A stretch of DNA of 64,000 nucleotides, taken from the NCBI GenBank assembly GCA_964016885.1, contig OZ024745.1, positions 116,746,001 through 116,810,000 on the forward strand, written 5' to 3'. The notes beneath the pieces were generated by a model. The model was not told the origin of the DNA and made no database searches. It worked only from the letters and a program-made list of their open reading frames with translations. The translations under genes and the position numbers were made by a program. Positions 13,336 through 26,828 of this stretch are shown here, one piece after another. How positions within the stretch are numbered: position 1 is the first letter of the stretch; every line of letters starts with the position of its first letter. Source of the DNA: Eledone cirrhosa. Its lineage: Eukaryota.

Positions 13336-14875
13336 ATGGATGACTCAGAGTCACTCCTTCCTCACAATCTAACACCTCACACCGACACCACCATTGTAAA
13401 TATTGCTACGTTTGCCAACACTGGAAATGTAAGCAGTAGCAATATTTTAAATTTGTCTCAGGCAGACGTTTATTTCCCGCCATTACCAATGACTGCAGAT
13501 GTTAAAGCCGCCACCCCCACCACCGCGACAACAGAAACAAAAGAAAAAAAGAAATTAACTCGTGATATCGAAATGAATTCAACCAAAACGAACTCTTCCA
13601 CACCGAACACCACTGACGCCACCACCACCACAACTGAAACTAAAATTAACGATAACAACAACAGCAACAATGAAATTAAGAAAACTACCCTGAGTTTTGC
13701 CAGAGTGGCAAAAACGTGCGAAGCGATCCAGGTAACTGAGGAGGAATTAGAAGAAGCCAAAGGAATGGTAAAGAAAGATGGGTACAGGGTCAGCCCCCCA
13801 CCCCCCACCTTATAAAATGGAGCAACGTCGCCTATGCACCGTGTCTTATCGGACAATTAACATAAAATCGCGCCGAGTGGAACGGGCATCCGAGTCCCAA
13901 ATCCAAAAAGCTTTGGGACATGTGTGGGCAAAAAAAACCCACATCAGACGTGGGAAGAAATATGGAACCGTGGAAGTGATCTTTGAAACACCACAGGAGG
14001 CCAGAAAACACTCCATGGTCCCATTAAGAAGTGACGACTTCACACTCGTCCCATTCTATTGTGGCCAGAGACTTGTGAAGATCAGGGTGACCCACGTTCC
14101 ACCGGCCATCGAAATTCCCTGGCTAATGGCTGCCGTCCTCGCCGGCATCGAGGCCAACACCAAGATAATTGAAATAGCGAAAGAAAAGCAGGCGAACTGG
14201 TCCGGATCTGGGATGGAGCTCCTGATCCAAGCGGACCATAAAAGCATTGAGGAGATCCCAGAGGTAACAGACCTCACTGACGGCAGCCACCTCACCGTAA
14301 TCGTCGAGGGCAGAAGACCTAGGTGTGTCGTTTGTGGTGAAGGAACCCACCTAAGGGTTTTCTGCCCTCAGGCTAAAAAGTTGAGGCTACCTCTCTTACC
14401 CACCCCATTGACTCAACCATCAACAGCACCAGCAGCAGAAATGGCAGCAACAACTGTAGCAGCAACAACAGAAGCAACTGTAACAGCAACAACCCCAGCA
14501 ACAGTAGCAAAACCAACACCACCACCACCCAACACGCCAGAACTAGCACCAGCGCCTACACCATCCTCCACGCCACAACCAAAACCAACGCCTATGGAGG
14601 ATTTTCCACTCTCCGGCTTATCGCAACTGGAGACAGATTGTGACGACGAGGAGTGGGAAACGGTATCAGGAAAAAAAGAAAAAAGAAACCAAAAAAGAAA
14701 AAATTCTCTTCCTTCCCCCTCCAAAAACAAAATACAGAGGGAAACAAATAAATTATCAAACAAAAAAGTTAGGACAGATATGCCACCATCCACACCAGCA
14801 TCACCAACCCCATCACCACAAACACTAACACCATCACCATCATTAATCCCAACGCCACCATCACAAACACCATAA
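13336..14875 (+). pseudogene. Tx1 ORF1 (gag-like nucleic-acid binding protein), frameshifted near 13790
   Basis: TTLSFARVAK, RRM-like segment, CVVCGEGTHLRVFC zinc knuckle, P/T-rich linker, WETVSGKK. Confidence 0.8.
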
Positions 14876-15270
14876 AAGTGACCAAAAAGCGTAACAGAAA
14901 CAAACCCACAACAAACGCAAACAAAACAAAACAACCAAAACGATAGACACTACACAGCATTAAATTTGAACAACAACCAATTATTACACTGCATGCAACA
15001 CAACACCAGCATCACAGAAAAAGACTACACAACAACCCAAAAGTTCACACCACCTCCACACATACAAATCACTCGCATCACACAGAAAACGTACACGACA
15101 CTAAAACAAAAATTCCCCAAAGACATCGGAGACTTCTGACAAACACTCTCCAGGAGGATTTATAAGGACATCCTTCCGGAGGAGGCCACAAGCAGTGAAA
15201 AGGGACAAACCATCCTTCCTACGAGAAGTAAGGTAAGTGGTCTTTCCCATCTTTTCCACTCCATTTCAAC

Positions 15271-18200
15271 ATGACCTCGCTCAGAATAGGCAGCATAAAT
15301 GCGCGTGGCTTGGGGTCGTCATGGAAGCAGAGCCACCTGCTCAACGACCTCAGGTGACTAAACATAGATGTAGTGGCCATCAGCGAGACCAGAATCTCCG
15401 AAGCACGGGCCTTCGCACCGATCTTTGGCGGCTACGATGTGTATGAATCTCCCAGCCGTCCGGGATCGGGGGGAGGAGTTGCTGTGCTTTTTCGGAGAGG
15501 TTTGGATCTCGCCATACGGGCCATCTTCCTGGACCCAGAAGGTAAGTTGGTGGTGCTGGACGTGACCAGCGGAGACGGGCAAGCTTTCAGGCTAGTGGCC
15601 GTCTATGTCCCGACAGGAGCAAGGCGGCCTGATTTCTTCCGGCGTCTGGAGACCTTTCTTGGAACGTCCCGCTCTTTAGTGTTAGTGGGCGACTGGAACG
15701 GGATGTTAGATGGATGCTGGGATTGTGTGGGATTAGCGTATAGGGGAGGATGGTGCAAGAGCCTCACCAACGTGCTCAGGCGGTTTGAACTGTCTGACAG
15801 GTACCAATTGGATTTCCCAAATGTGCCAATGTGGACTTGGACAAATTGCATAGGGTCATCCAGATCATATCTAGATAGAGTATTTTGTAGGGAAATAGAT
15901 AGGTCTAGCATAGGCTGTCCACAATTCAAGATAGTCAGCTACACGGACCACAAATTCGTGATCTGTGTGCTTGACTTAGATAGGCTTCATAGACGAGGAT
16001 CCAGCTACTGGAAGCTAAACGCGTCCTTACCAGCGCGCAAGGCCTACAGAGACCGGATTAGCGAACTAGTTAAGCGGGCGTTGACGGGGGCCATCGTCAA
16101 CAACAAGTGGTGGTTTGCTCTGAAAAGAGCCATTAGAATAGAGTCCATTATGTTTAGTAAGGCTTTAGCAATAGAGAAAAATAGAGCAGAGGGAGAATTA
16201 GTTAGAAAATTAGACGAGGCGCTTAGCAAAGGCATCGCGACCGACGTACTTGCGGCGAAATTGTCCCTTGACCAATTCTTCAATGCAAAGCACGAAGGCT
16301 GCGTTGTCAGAGCTAGGGTGCGTGCTCTCAGACACGAGGGGACGAAAGCCGTTCAATGGGCCCGAGTGGCGGAGGCGCGTCGTGGCAACAAAGCCACGAT
16401 CCGGTCTTTGGTGGACCACGACGGGCAATGCTACTCGATCCCTGGCAAATGTGTGAAGCTTTACAGCGACACTTCGCTCAGTTGTTCGGGGGCAGCGGCG
16501 GGCCGGATCGAGGGATGGACTTTAGTGTCTACCTCGACGGACTGCCGCGGCTCTCGGCCACTGAGGCGGAGTGTTGCGAAAAGCCGATAACAGCCGCTGA
16601 AGTACGGGAGGCAATGACTAGCTGCACAAGGGGTAAATCGCCTGGTTTGGATGGTCTGCCTTATGAATTTACGTACAGATGCCAGACTTGTTCGGAGGCC
16701 TCTTGGCGGACGTCTACTGCAACTGACAACAGAACGGGAGAGTTCCCAGCTCTGTGAGCCGAGGAGCTGTGACGCTGCTGAGAAAGGATCCGAACAAGGG
16801 GTATAACAGATAATTTCAGGCCCATAACTCTGCTAAACACAGAGTTCAAGATGTTGGCCAAGGTGCTAGCAAAGAGGTTGGCGCTTGTCGTTGGTGGTCT
16901 GGTGGGAGATGCGCAGACATGCGCTATTTCCGACAGATCCATCCACGACAACCTCCACCTCAAGCGATACATCGTAGAGAGAGTAGCTAGGGTACCTGGC
17001 ACGCGTGGGTCCTTGATCAATTAAGATCAGACGAAAGCTTTCGATGGGGTCGACCATCGTTACCTAGCGGCAGTCCTGAGTGCGGCTGGCTTTGGGCCCG
17101 TCTTCAGAGGCTGGATCGCTGCCATGCACAGCGACATTTGCTCTGTGGTGAGAGTGAACGGTCACCTTTTGGAACCGTTCAACATCATGCGCTCGGTCCG
17201 CCAAGGATGTCCCCTCTCGTCCCTCTTGTACGTAGTGACTCTCGAGCCATTACTGCACAAACTGGAGACGTTGAGGTGGATCCCGCGCTAACTAGGATGC
17301 GGAAGATCCGTGTCAGCATATGCGGACGATGTCACCGTAATGGTGTCGAACGCCAAACACATCGAGGCGATCGGCACTACACTAAGAGAATACGAAGCGG
17401 TGACAGGGGCAATGATCAACAAGGAAAAGTCAGTGGGCCTGCAGCTCGGCACCTGGAGAGCAGCTCCATGCCGTCCAACAGGGTCGTCGGGCGCTGGACG
17501 GACGGACCGGTTAAATTGCTAGGGGTCTGGTTCGGTCCGGACCTCCACACGGACAAAAACTGGGACGAGGTGACGAGCAGTGTGGCTTCTCTCACCCAGA
17601 AATGGGCGGAGAGAAAGCTATCCCTGAAAGGTCGAGCGGAGGTGGCCAACGCGTACATCGCGTCCGTCATCTACTACCGCCTGACCGTCGTACCTTGCCC
17701 TAAGCTCCGCCTGACTGCGCTGGAGCGTTTGCTCGTTCGCTTTCTGTGGAAGGGACGCGCTCCGATGGTCAGGCGGTCCATCTGCTGTCAACACCCGCTA
17801 CGTGGAGGGCTGGGCATGCCGTGGCTGATGATGTGCAGACACGCGCTCAGGCTACGACATCTCCACCTCTTCCTCGACAGTGCTCAGGTGTGGTCACCAT
17901 TTGCTAGAGGCGTCTTTCCTCAGCTCGTCTCCTTGACGGAGCTGCAGTCCTGGGTCAAGCGAAGACCGAGAGGGAGCGCTTGGAGACTGGAATGTCTTCA
18001 GACGCTCACAGCCCTCGACCAATCGGGCAATGTGATCGGTGGAAACTCCACCTTGGCGTTCTATAGAGGATTAGTGGAGGAGAAGTGCGACGACGTACTT
18101 GGAGCAACTCTAGGCGTCGACGAAAATCAACTAGCCAATCTCTCCGGAAGAACTTTCGGGCCGGGGCCTATGGACAACTTTCAGAAATCCCTGGCCTGGC

Positions 18201-18685
18201 AGTGCTACCGAGGAGCTTCGCCAGTTCGGGATAAACTCTATAAGCATGGAGGTGCCGTCAGCCGGGCATGTCCGAGATGTGCGCAGGGCGACGAAACCGT
18301 CCTGCACGCACTCGTCCAGTGTCCGAGCATTGCTGACTTGTGGGTTTATGTTGAACACCTGCAGTCGCGTGTAGGACGGATCCAGCTATCAGCTGAGTCC
18401 ATCGTGAGGATTGCCCCGCCCTCTTCCTTTAGCCGGGAAGGGGAGGCAGTTTTTATCTGTCTGGTGGACATGTCGAAAGAGATAGTATGGTGGACACGTT
18501 TGAAAGGGCTGAAGATGAGCACTTACCTCTTCGGTGATGCCCTGATTAACTTTTTCAAATTTCATTTGAAAAGGAAAATCAGGGTAGAGAGGGAAGTGCT
18601 CTCTTCCTAGCATTTTGTTGAAAGATGGGTGAGAGAAGCAAGTATGGCCCGAGTGAATGGGCCTACTCTGAGTATGTGTCTGTAA
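15271..18685 (+). pseudogene. Tx1 ORF2 (APE endonuclease + reverse transcriptase), multiple stops and frameshifts
   Basis: MTSLRIGSINARGL, ISET, VGDWN, YLDR, TDHK, YWKLN; KSPGLDGLPYEF, FRPITLLN, RQGCPLS, SAYADDVTV; CPRCAQGDETVLHALVQC. Confidence 0.92.
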
Positions 18686-18895
18686 ATTAAAGGTGGAAAA
18701 CTGGGAGAGGGCACTGTGGCCTTTTAATGGGCTTTCTCCACAAATGTCCCTCGGAAGTCTCCCCCCTATTGGGGAATTTTTCATTGTTATTTTTTGTTAC
18801 ATCCTTTGTTTTTGTTTTTTTACAGCAGAAATGCCCATTTGTACCGTCCTGTATTGCCCTGTACTGGCCTTAATGTCTACTTTATGTAAACCCTA

Positions 18896-19075
18896 TTGGC
18901 AGTATCGGTAGAGGGTCGGACGCCATGCTTTCCAGCATAGTTACCTCCCTTTACGATCTGAGTTCAAATCCAGCCGAGGTTGACTTTGCCTTTCATCCTT
19001 ACGGGGTCGATAAAATAAAGTACCAGTAATGCACTGGGTAATTGCTGGCCTTGTGCCTAAAGTAGAAACAATTAT
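18896..19075 (+). mobile_element. tRNA-derived octopus-type SINE (family A), 5'-clipped and fused to the Tx1 3' end
   Basis: B-box-like GAGTTCAAATCC, gactttgcctttcatcct..gtcgataaaataaagtaccag core, (ATT)n tail. Confidence 0.85.
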
Positions 19076-19092
19076 TATTATTATTATTATTG

Positions 19093-19412
19093 TTCTTTGA
19101 GTCTCAGTCATTGATGTTAGTTAACTAGAAAGTTTGTTGAAATGAATATCAAGCCACTACCTGCAGCCTCAGATATTCAGGACGTATCGGAGGGTTCTTG
19201 CTGTTCCCAGCAAGCATGCCTTTTGAAGCGTTCCAAAAAGCGTGGCGGGGCCAATTTTCTTTAACCATCCATGGAAACTTTTTGAGATAGTACCTAGTGC
19301 GCCTATGACAATCGGGACCACTTTGACTTCATGGCAGTTCCAAATCCTTTTTACCTCCCACTTTAAGTCCTGGTATCGGTTAATTTTCTCCCTCTCCTTC
19401 TCTTGCACTCTC
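19093..19412 (-). mobile_element. 5'-truncated R4/Dong LINE copy (RLE C-terminus + 3' UTR) inside (TTA)n
   Basis: Closely matches 52070-52390; KINRYQDL..VVPIVIGALG..LQKACLLGTAR; TTA repeats on both sides. Confidence 0.9.
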
Positions 19413-19453
<41 letters not shown>

Positions 19454-19809
19454 TCTTTTATGATTACAAAAATCTTGAGCGTTGGAGAGCAGAAAGGTAA
19501 AAAAACACTAGAGAACAACAGACAACCGTGATGTACCTACATCAACTGTGAGCTAAGCAATAACAATAAAAGCCCAATAATAAACTATTAAAAGTAAGCA
19601 GATCTAACATTACAGGACAAAGATATAGACGAAAAATGTAAAGTGAATCGTGTTAGTAAAGGAAACATAAAAAAGCGACAATAAACGTTTTCTCTTTAAA
19701 TAAGTAAACATTAAATTACAAACTAGAGGTTAACTACATTTAAGACAATAGAAAGTAAAAACAATATTAAAATGAATTCTAAAATATACTAAAGAAGCAG
19801 TCGTAAACA

Positions 19810-20090
19810 CGACTTTGCAACCATATTATTTCGAGTTCAGTCCTAATACGCAGCACTTTGAACATGTGTTTTCTACAACCCCTTGTTGAACAATGCCTTG
19901 TGAGTAGAATTATATATATATGTGTGTGTATCTGTGTGTGTGTGCGTGTCTGTGGTTATGTCCCGTAATTTCACGGTTCAACAGAAAGGACATCGATAGG
20001 ATAAGTATCAGGCTTGAAAAATAAATCCTACGATCCATGTAAAAGGTGGTTCCCAGCATGGCCACAGTCTGACTGAACCAAATAAAAAAG
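19810..20090 (+). mobile_element. Octopus-type SINE family B (OK-like), degenerate
   Basis: gagttcagtcc..aatgccttgtgagt head, internal (TG)n, tail cccagcatggccacagtctgactgaaccaaataaaa. Confidence 0.65.
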
Positions 20091-20111
20091 AACAATGGAG
20101 AGAGAAGGTCA

Positions 20112-20280
20112 CTACAGGTCAATAACGGCAAGGTCGCTATGGACAGATCAATATCGACAAGGCTCAACTGCAGATCAATATTGACAAGGCTCAAATTCAG
20201 GTCGATATCATAAGGCTTAACTGCCGGTCAATAGCGACAAGGCTCAAATCAAGTTCAATATTGACGAGGCTCAAATGTGA
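20112..20280. repeat. ~27-bp minisatellite, about 6 copies
   Basis: aggtcaatatcgacaaggctcaactgc variants in tandem. Confidence 0.8.
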
Positions 20281-20419
20281 GGAAGTGAGTTAGAAGGAAA
20301 GTCAACATTAGCTTAAAGATTATTTCACTAAATGCAGAAATAGAAAGCGTGATTCTAGCTGCACAAAACCAAAATGTAGTCACAGTTAATTACAAAAATG
20401 AAATAATGGTTTCTGATTC

Positions 20420-20750
20420 AGATACGAGGCCAACATTTTGGAGGAAGGGAAAGTCGATTATATCTACCCTTAGTGAGTTGCTTGTATTTTATTTCATCGA
20501 GCCCGGTGGGATTTGAAATAATGAAAAAATTATTTTAATATTAAGTGCAGACTAGGTAGGTGGATTGGCAGAAATAATAGAGAGTGGGATACAATGCCAC
20601 TACGGTATTTCTTCTGGCTCTTTACGTTCTGAGTTCAAATCCCATCCAGATCAACTTGTCCTTCCCACCTTACGTCAACTACTGGGGTTAATCAACTTTA
20701 CCATTCCTCCAAATTTTCTTGCCCTGTGCCGAGATTAGAAATCAATATTA
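20420..20750. mobile_element. Two degenerate family A SINEs head-to-head (20420-20520 minus, 20555-20750 plus)
   Basis: aggccaacattttggagg..gtcgatta..ggatttgaa, then gtggattggcagaa..ctgagttcaaatccc..gattagaaatcaatatta. Confidence 0.65.
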
Positions 20751-22849
20751 AGTACTGACTAATGCAGTACTGAGAGACTCTTGCATGGTTGCCTCTGAGG
20801 TCCCGGGACACTTCAAGTTTGGGGATTCCTAGCACAAACAAATTAGAATACACACCAAACCCCCAATTTTACATATCAAGGTCAGCTTGGCACAAGTAAT
20901 TGGAATTGAAAATTTATACATACTGGAATTAAATTCAGAAATTCTAACCATCCTAAAAGCCCAGTAGAGGGCATAAATAAATTGCTACAGCCGTCGTTGG
21001 TGAGACTCCCCACTGCAGGGAATCCGGGCAAGTGCCCCCTTTGTGTCGTGGACACTTGACTACCTGTTTGGTGCTTGCCAAGCGAGAGTGTTTTCACAGA
21101 ATGATTGTTTCTACTTTTGGCACAAGGCCAGCAATTACCCAGTACATTCCCAGTACAGGGGGCAACAAATATATATACTTATCTAGTGATAAAATATATA
21201 TATAAACAGACAAAATAAACACTGATATCAATGAAGAGAATAAGACTGTAAGCTGGGTCACGAAAAAAGCATTCATGACAGATTAAACAGTTATTTATAA
21301 TATTTTTGTAGCAAGTTACTTTGCAGCTTTATGACACGATCAAGGGAAATATTTACTATAGAATAGATGCTAAACTTGGTTAAGAAGTATATAAAGAACT
21401 TACACAGCTTATCTTTGGCAAGTTCTACAATTCATTTCACTGTCTCTTAGAATCAATGTTAATGGGAGAAGTTGTTCAATTGTTTGTTATACGATATGAA
21501 TGATTGGTAAGTTAAAGTAAAATAAACAATAACTAATATAATAGATATTTAACATTCAACAGATTATGTCAGTAAACAGAGATATGGGGATAGCTTGCAA
21601 AGAAACGAATGTTCCATGAAACTAGTAACCAAAATATTATTACAAATTAGAAAGTTGAAGACCACTCATCTTCTATTAGGTTAAAGATCATCAAAATGAG
21701 GAGACTAGAAATCTGAATTACACCCAATATAGTAAAAATCATTTTCCTACGATCAACTTGATACAATCTTATGGAAATATATTTCTATATTCTTGAATAA
21801 ACTATCAGTCAAAATGGTATCTTTCGAATATTGTTAATCATTTTTTTAGTAACCGACTGATATCAAAGTATATAAGTCAAAAAGGTAAGTACAAAGATGA
21901 CTGGCTTTAATTCAAAGACGTGAAAGGCAGTCTGTCATTGAAGATAGTGGATGACAGGCTGTCAAAAGCTAACCCTCAAATGAATTCTAATGCATAATCT
22001 CTTTTATTTCTTTTCCTATCTATATATATAACTGTGAAAAACAATATATATGCAAACCTTTTTTTGCAGCTTTACTGTCCATAGTTATTAAACGCAGCCA
22101 TATTTTATATTTGTTTCCACTTCGAATTTCATGATTTATAGCTCATTCTTTCCAGCCTTCGAAATTTTGAAACACTACTAAATGTATGGAATATTTCAAT
22201 CTAGGTTTTGCAGTATTCGGAATGTCTCACTGAATTAATCAGAGCCTTCAGGTCCTATTTATATCTAAATACACAGTAATCTTTACAATGCTATATATGG
22301 CTTAACAAACTTCATTTATTTCCAGTGTGTGCGTGTGAGTAATTTAAACATAAAACATAAAAATGCCATGTCTAATATATATTACAGCTATGTAATATGA
22401 ACAGTATATTGAAAGATTATGAGTTTGAAATTGAAATTTCAATTAATCTACTTGTTTGGCTTTTTGCAATGAACAATATAGGACTCCTGGATTTCTAGAT
22501 TGAAGTGAGTAGCCGTGAAAGTAAAGCTGTATCAAACTGAAATTATTATTCTTTGTACTATTAACTCTATTAATTCTTTTTCTCACAGTTTTTATTTTTA
22601 GATTCTAGACTACATTTTCTGGTGTATATTCTTCAACTATCTCCAGGTGTTCATTGTATCAACATATCTCTATATGATTGTAGCATGGTGATTAAATACA
22701 TTGAAATTATGCATTAAAAATATAATTTCTGAGCTTTAAGTCAGCCTAAGCATATTTCCATAAGCAATCGTCTGCTCATAGTGTGGAACAAAATAATGTA
22801 TGACAACTGAGGTTCATAATTTAGAAATTTGAAATTACTTTAGCAAATT

Positions 22850-23010
22850 CAACATAGAGTAAAGTGAGTGTCTAGAATAATTTAAACTTGTGACTACTCT
22901 AGCAACATAGAGTAAAGTGAGTGTCTAGAATAATTTAAACTTGTGACTACTCTAGCAACATAGAGTAAAGTAAATGTCTAGAATAATTTAAACTTCTCAC
23001 TACTCTAGCA
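22850..23010. repeat. 53-bp tandem repeat, 3 copies
   Basis: caacatagagtaaagtgagtgtctagaataatttaaacttgtgactactctag. Confidence 0.9.
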
Positions 23011-24042
23011 TTTTCATATACTTAGCTCGACTCTGGTATCATTCCGAAGCAAGTTTCCTGGACTATACAGCGCTGATGATAGAAATCCTTGAAATGCCAT
23101 CCAGTTATTCACTATCGGATATCTATGGCACTATCGGATATCTATAGCACTTAGAATCAAATTGTTGATGGAAATGAAAAAATCCATCTATGATAATACA
23201 TTTCGCTCTCTTACATTCCAGACCATAAGATGAATTACAAAGACCTTACAGGCCTATATGTTTCTGTTATGTATACGTCAGTATATTGCAGCTTTTATTT
23301 GCCTAAGTGATTTTGCTATAAAATTTCTTTCATATTTCTTTGTTGTTTTTATACACAGTATCACTAACAAATTGCCTTTTTTCTAAATGGTTCAATTTTT
23401 ATTCCTGCCTTTTTCACAATTAAATTTGTGAATAAAAACCATTTTGTATATGTTTGTAAGGTTTGTACTGATAGAAAATAGAGGAATTTTCTCTGTAAAT
23501 CAATTATATTTGTTTCAGAGGATAATAGTTTTTAAGATATAATTCATTTTAACACCTTATTGATAGGAATTTATTTTCCTTTTTATTTTTACATTTATAT
23601 TCAAAATAAAACAAATAAATAGAAAATTGTTTTACAGTTTTTGATTTAATAGAAAATAATAATTCTGAATGTATTAGCTATAGTTTTACTATATCTAACT
23701 GAAAACCATTACAGGTTATAATTGTGCAGATTGCTGTGTAGCTGTTGTTAAAGTATTTAAATGTTTAAATAATATTACATTGACAGTTAATATAAAAATT
23801 GGAAAAAGCATTGTTAATTCTATAAATTTATTTTCGCTACTAGTAATCACCATTATGTTTTGTGTTTTTGTTATTAAGGCTACTCATTAGATTTTGTTTA
23901 TTCTCTTTTTTTTTGGGGGGGGGGGGCAATTAGTTGGAGACAGAAGGCCATAGTGCATGAACCTTTTCAAAGCCTCTTGACTGATGTGAGGAAGTTCTTT
24001 TCAGACTTGTGATCTGACCAGAAAAGGCGCAATAAAGTAAAC

Positions 24043-24481
24043 TCTATTATATAAAACACAACAACTTTGTGAGTATGTTAAATCAGACAACAAATTATAA
24101 GTATAAATACTAATCGAGGTTCTACTTCACTTCGGGCTGAGGAGGGTAAACTCTCCAAGTATCGGTCGCTTTCCGACAGGTTTGCTGTTGAGCCCCTAGC
24201 AGTGAAGACCTCTGTGTCCTTGGACCTAGGACTACCTCCCTACTTACCACCATAGGCACTGAGCTGGCGAGCCGCAGGTGTGCGCCTCGCGAGATGGAAT
24301 GGCTCTTCCAGCGCATCTCCCTTACCATCCCCCGGAGAAACGCATTCTCCAACGGCATAGATGAAAATACCAAAGTATACAGGAGCTATCATTTTGACTT
24401 GTGCTCGCATTACAAGAGACACGAATTTGGAGGGTATTTTTTTAGGTGTAAATCCCATTCGTGAACGAAGTGGGTGTTTAG
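24043..24481 (+). mobile_element. Putative non-autonomous Helitron with GC-rich internal segment
   Basis: 5' TCTATTATATAAAA; 3' hairpin CCCATTCGT-GA-ACGAAGTGGG followed by TTAG (CTAG-like). Confidence 0.5.
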
Positions 24482-25609
24482 TCTTTTTTATATAAGGAAG
24501 TTCAATAAAGGAAACCTACAGGTGAATATAAGATGATATATATAATTTTAACGTTTGATAGAGTAGGAAAGAATTCTTAACGTTTCTAACATTATTTTAT
24601 CATCGGAGAATAGAATGAGAGAGGAGAGAGTACGTTTAAAAGAGAGAGCAATAAATACGACGAGAGACAAAAGAACGAAACGAAAAAAGATGGGAATTTT
24701 TTTTAGACGAGAAGAAACGTGTATAGTTTACTATTTTGTAAGATTGAATTTCACATCAAAGAGAGTTACAGGAAGGGAGATAAGCAGAGAAGAAATAGGA
24801 ATAAATGAAAGGATGAAAGACAAAGTTAACATCAGCGAGATTTGAATTCAGAACGTAATGGAACAGATACTACAACTGATTTCATTCAACACTAATAATA
24901 GTTTCTTTGGCACTTTATACTGCTATCAGGTTTTTACGTGTGTTCTTATATCCGAGCTTAATATAAATACATGTCTATATATATTTGTGTGTGTGCGTAT
25001 ATGTATGTGTGTATGCGTGTGTTTGTGTACATTTCTTTTCAATTTGTTTTAATATTTATTTCTCTACACACTAGTCTGCTTCTTAATTTTACACCAAAGC
25101 AAAATCTCTCGGGAGTAGAATTCTGAAGGAAAACTCTTTAGTATCAATAAAAATGTCTTCGGTGTTTTAATCTTTAAAATACTCTAACTTTGGAAAGAAT
25201 TATTCCCATTTATGTTCCTGGAGGTGATAGTATGGTGGATTCCCAAAACTAATTTCCTTAGAAGTGAGATATTTTAATATATTTTCATTTTTAACTGGTC
25301 TTTATATGGTTATTCTAACAACAATTGTTTCTACCTTAATCAAAGTACCGAGTCAACCATTTGTATATTTGTTTATATCTATTAACAATTCCTATTGTAG
25401 CTCATAACTTACCAGTATATTGAATATTTTGATACCTCATACATGAGATTTAAAAACAAAAACATGGTTTGCTCGGATTGGTTTGGCGGAATGTTTTACA
25501 AATGTAAATCAATTCGGTGCAATCACTAGAACACGATACATCACTAATAATTAGTTGGGAACTTCGCACAGTCTGTTATATATATATATATATATATATA
25601 AAAGAAAAC

Positions 25610-25865
25610 CTTTTCGCTCTACATGACTGAATACAATAAATGTAATCTGAGTTTTTCGAATATTAATAACATTCGATTCGTTTGCAATTATGCAAACAAG
25701 CTTCAATTTTATAGCCATGTCAGTAGAATGAACCCTTCATTCTTGCTCTTGTGTTGGCATGTGAACAGAACTGCAGACACTAATGTTTCTGGGTATCACC
25801 CTTTATCATTACAGCTCACTGCAAATCTTGCTGAACAGTGGATCTGCTATTATGCAGATCTGAAT
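25610..25865 (-). mobile_element. Inverted copy of the hammerhead-bearing unit at 28955-29570 (core mutated to ATGATAA, 25769-25816)
   Basis: Reverse complement aligns with 28958-29115 and 29377-29560. Confidence 0.8.
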
Positions 25866-25874
25866 AACCGACAA

Positions 25875-26560
25875 AAACATAACTGTTAGGAGAGAAACTA
25901 AGGAAAGAAATCTCGGCAATCTTAGAATTAAGGAGGCACTGATTATAGACAAAACACAACCACCAATCAATAATAGACAAGAACTCAACACCCAATTTAT
26001 AACTTGATAGAGCACCTAACCCCAGACTTACACCCCCCTCTCACACACACGCACAGACACACGCATACGCACACGCGCGCACACACACAGACACACACGC
26101 TTACACCTACACTTATTCTCTCTCACACACACATACAAAGACCAGTTTTAACACATGATAGAGCATCTAGCCCCCACATTTACGTATAGACATATCTTCT
26201 CACACTCACACACACACACAGGTATACTTACGCCTTCACGTATTCTCCCACACACTTAAACATACATGTACAAAACTCCTTTTAAAGGGAGGCTACTCTT
26301 TATCCACCTAACCTTCACTCTTTGACATTAGAGATAAACTGGAATCTCTATACCATTTCCTGTCAGCATGACTTGGCAAGCTAATTAGAATGCTGGATTA
26401 ACCACTTTACTTCCTTCCGAAGAAGAGATATTATCTCGAAAATTAAGGATATTTAAATAAATTTAAGGTAAAAGACTAATTGTCAACAATATCTTTGCAT
26501 TTGCATTTATATTCTATATCCATACCTGCATTGTTTTGGCCTTACAAATACAAACGTTTA
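25875..26560 (+). mobile_element. 5'-truncated PLE (GIY-YIG C-terminus + pLTR with hammerhead)
   Basis: LRIKEALIIDKTQPPINNRQE* at ~25920-26005; hammerhead-like motif at 26412. Confidence 0.7.
26412..26449 (+). ncRNA. Degenerate minimal hammerhead
   Basis: TCCTT-CCGAAGA-AGAGAT ATT ATCTC-GAAA-ATT-AAGGA. Confidence 0.55.
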
Positions 26561-26774
26561 TATATATATGCATGCGCATTCGTACGGTTGCCCTTCCTGT
26601 ACCTATAACCATGCCCATTCCGAGCTGAGGATCCGCTAAGGTGAAACAATTGTTCTTGGTATGGTGAACTAACTGTTGTGTAACCACTTCTACCTAACTC
26701 GTCCCATGGACTGAGTGCTCTACCACTACGGATATTACCTTCCAGTGTTCCACCACTATATATATATATATATG

Positions 26775-26828
<54 letters not shown>

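Larger units (their letters stand above)
13121..18895 (+). mobile_element. Near full-length Tx1/L1-clade non-LTR retrotransposon (decayed)
   Basis: Two-ORF layout: gag-like ORF1 with CCHC knuckle; ORF2 with APE, RT and C-terminal Zn motif; 3' UTR matches the second copy at 52444-53265. Confidence 0.92.

Noticed and set aside
21451-21884. Plus-strand mini-exons with GTAAGT donors (21451-21506, 21850-21884)
   Set aside because: The first has stops in all frames; the second is 35 nt with no supporting neighbours
23060-23110. CTGATGA...GAAA hammerhead candidate
   Set aside because: Stem II and stem I pairings are unconvincing
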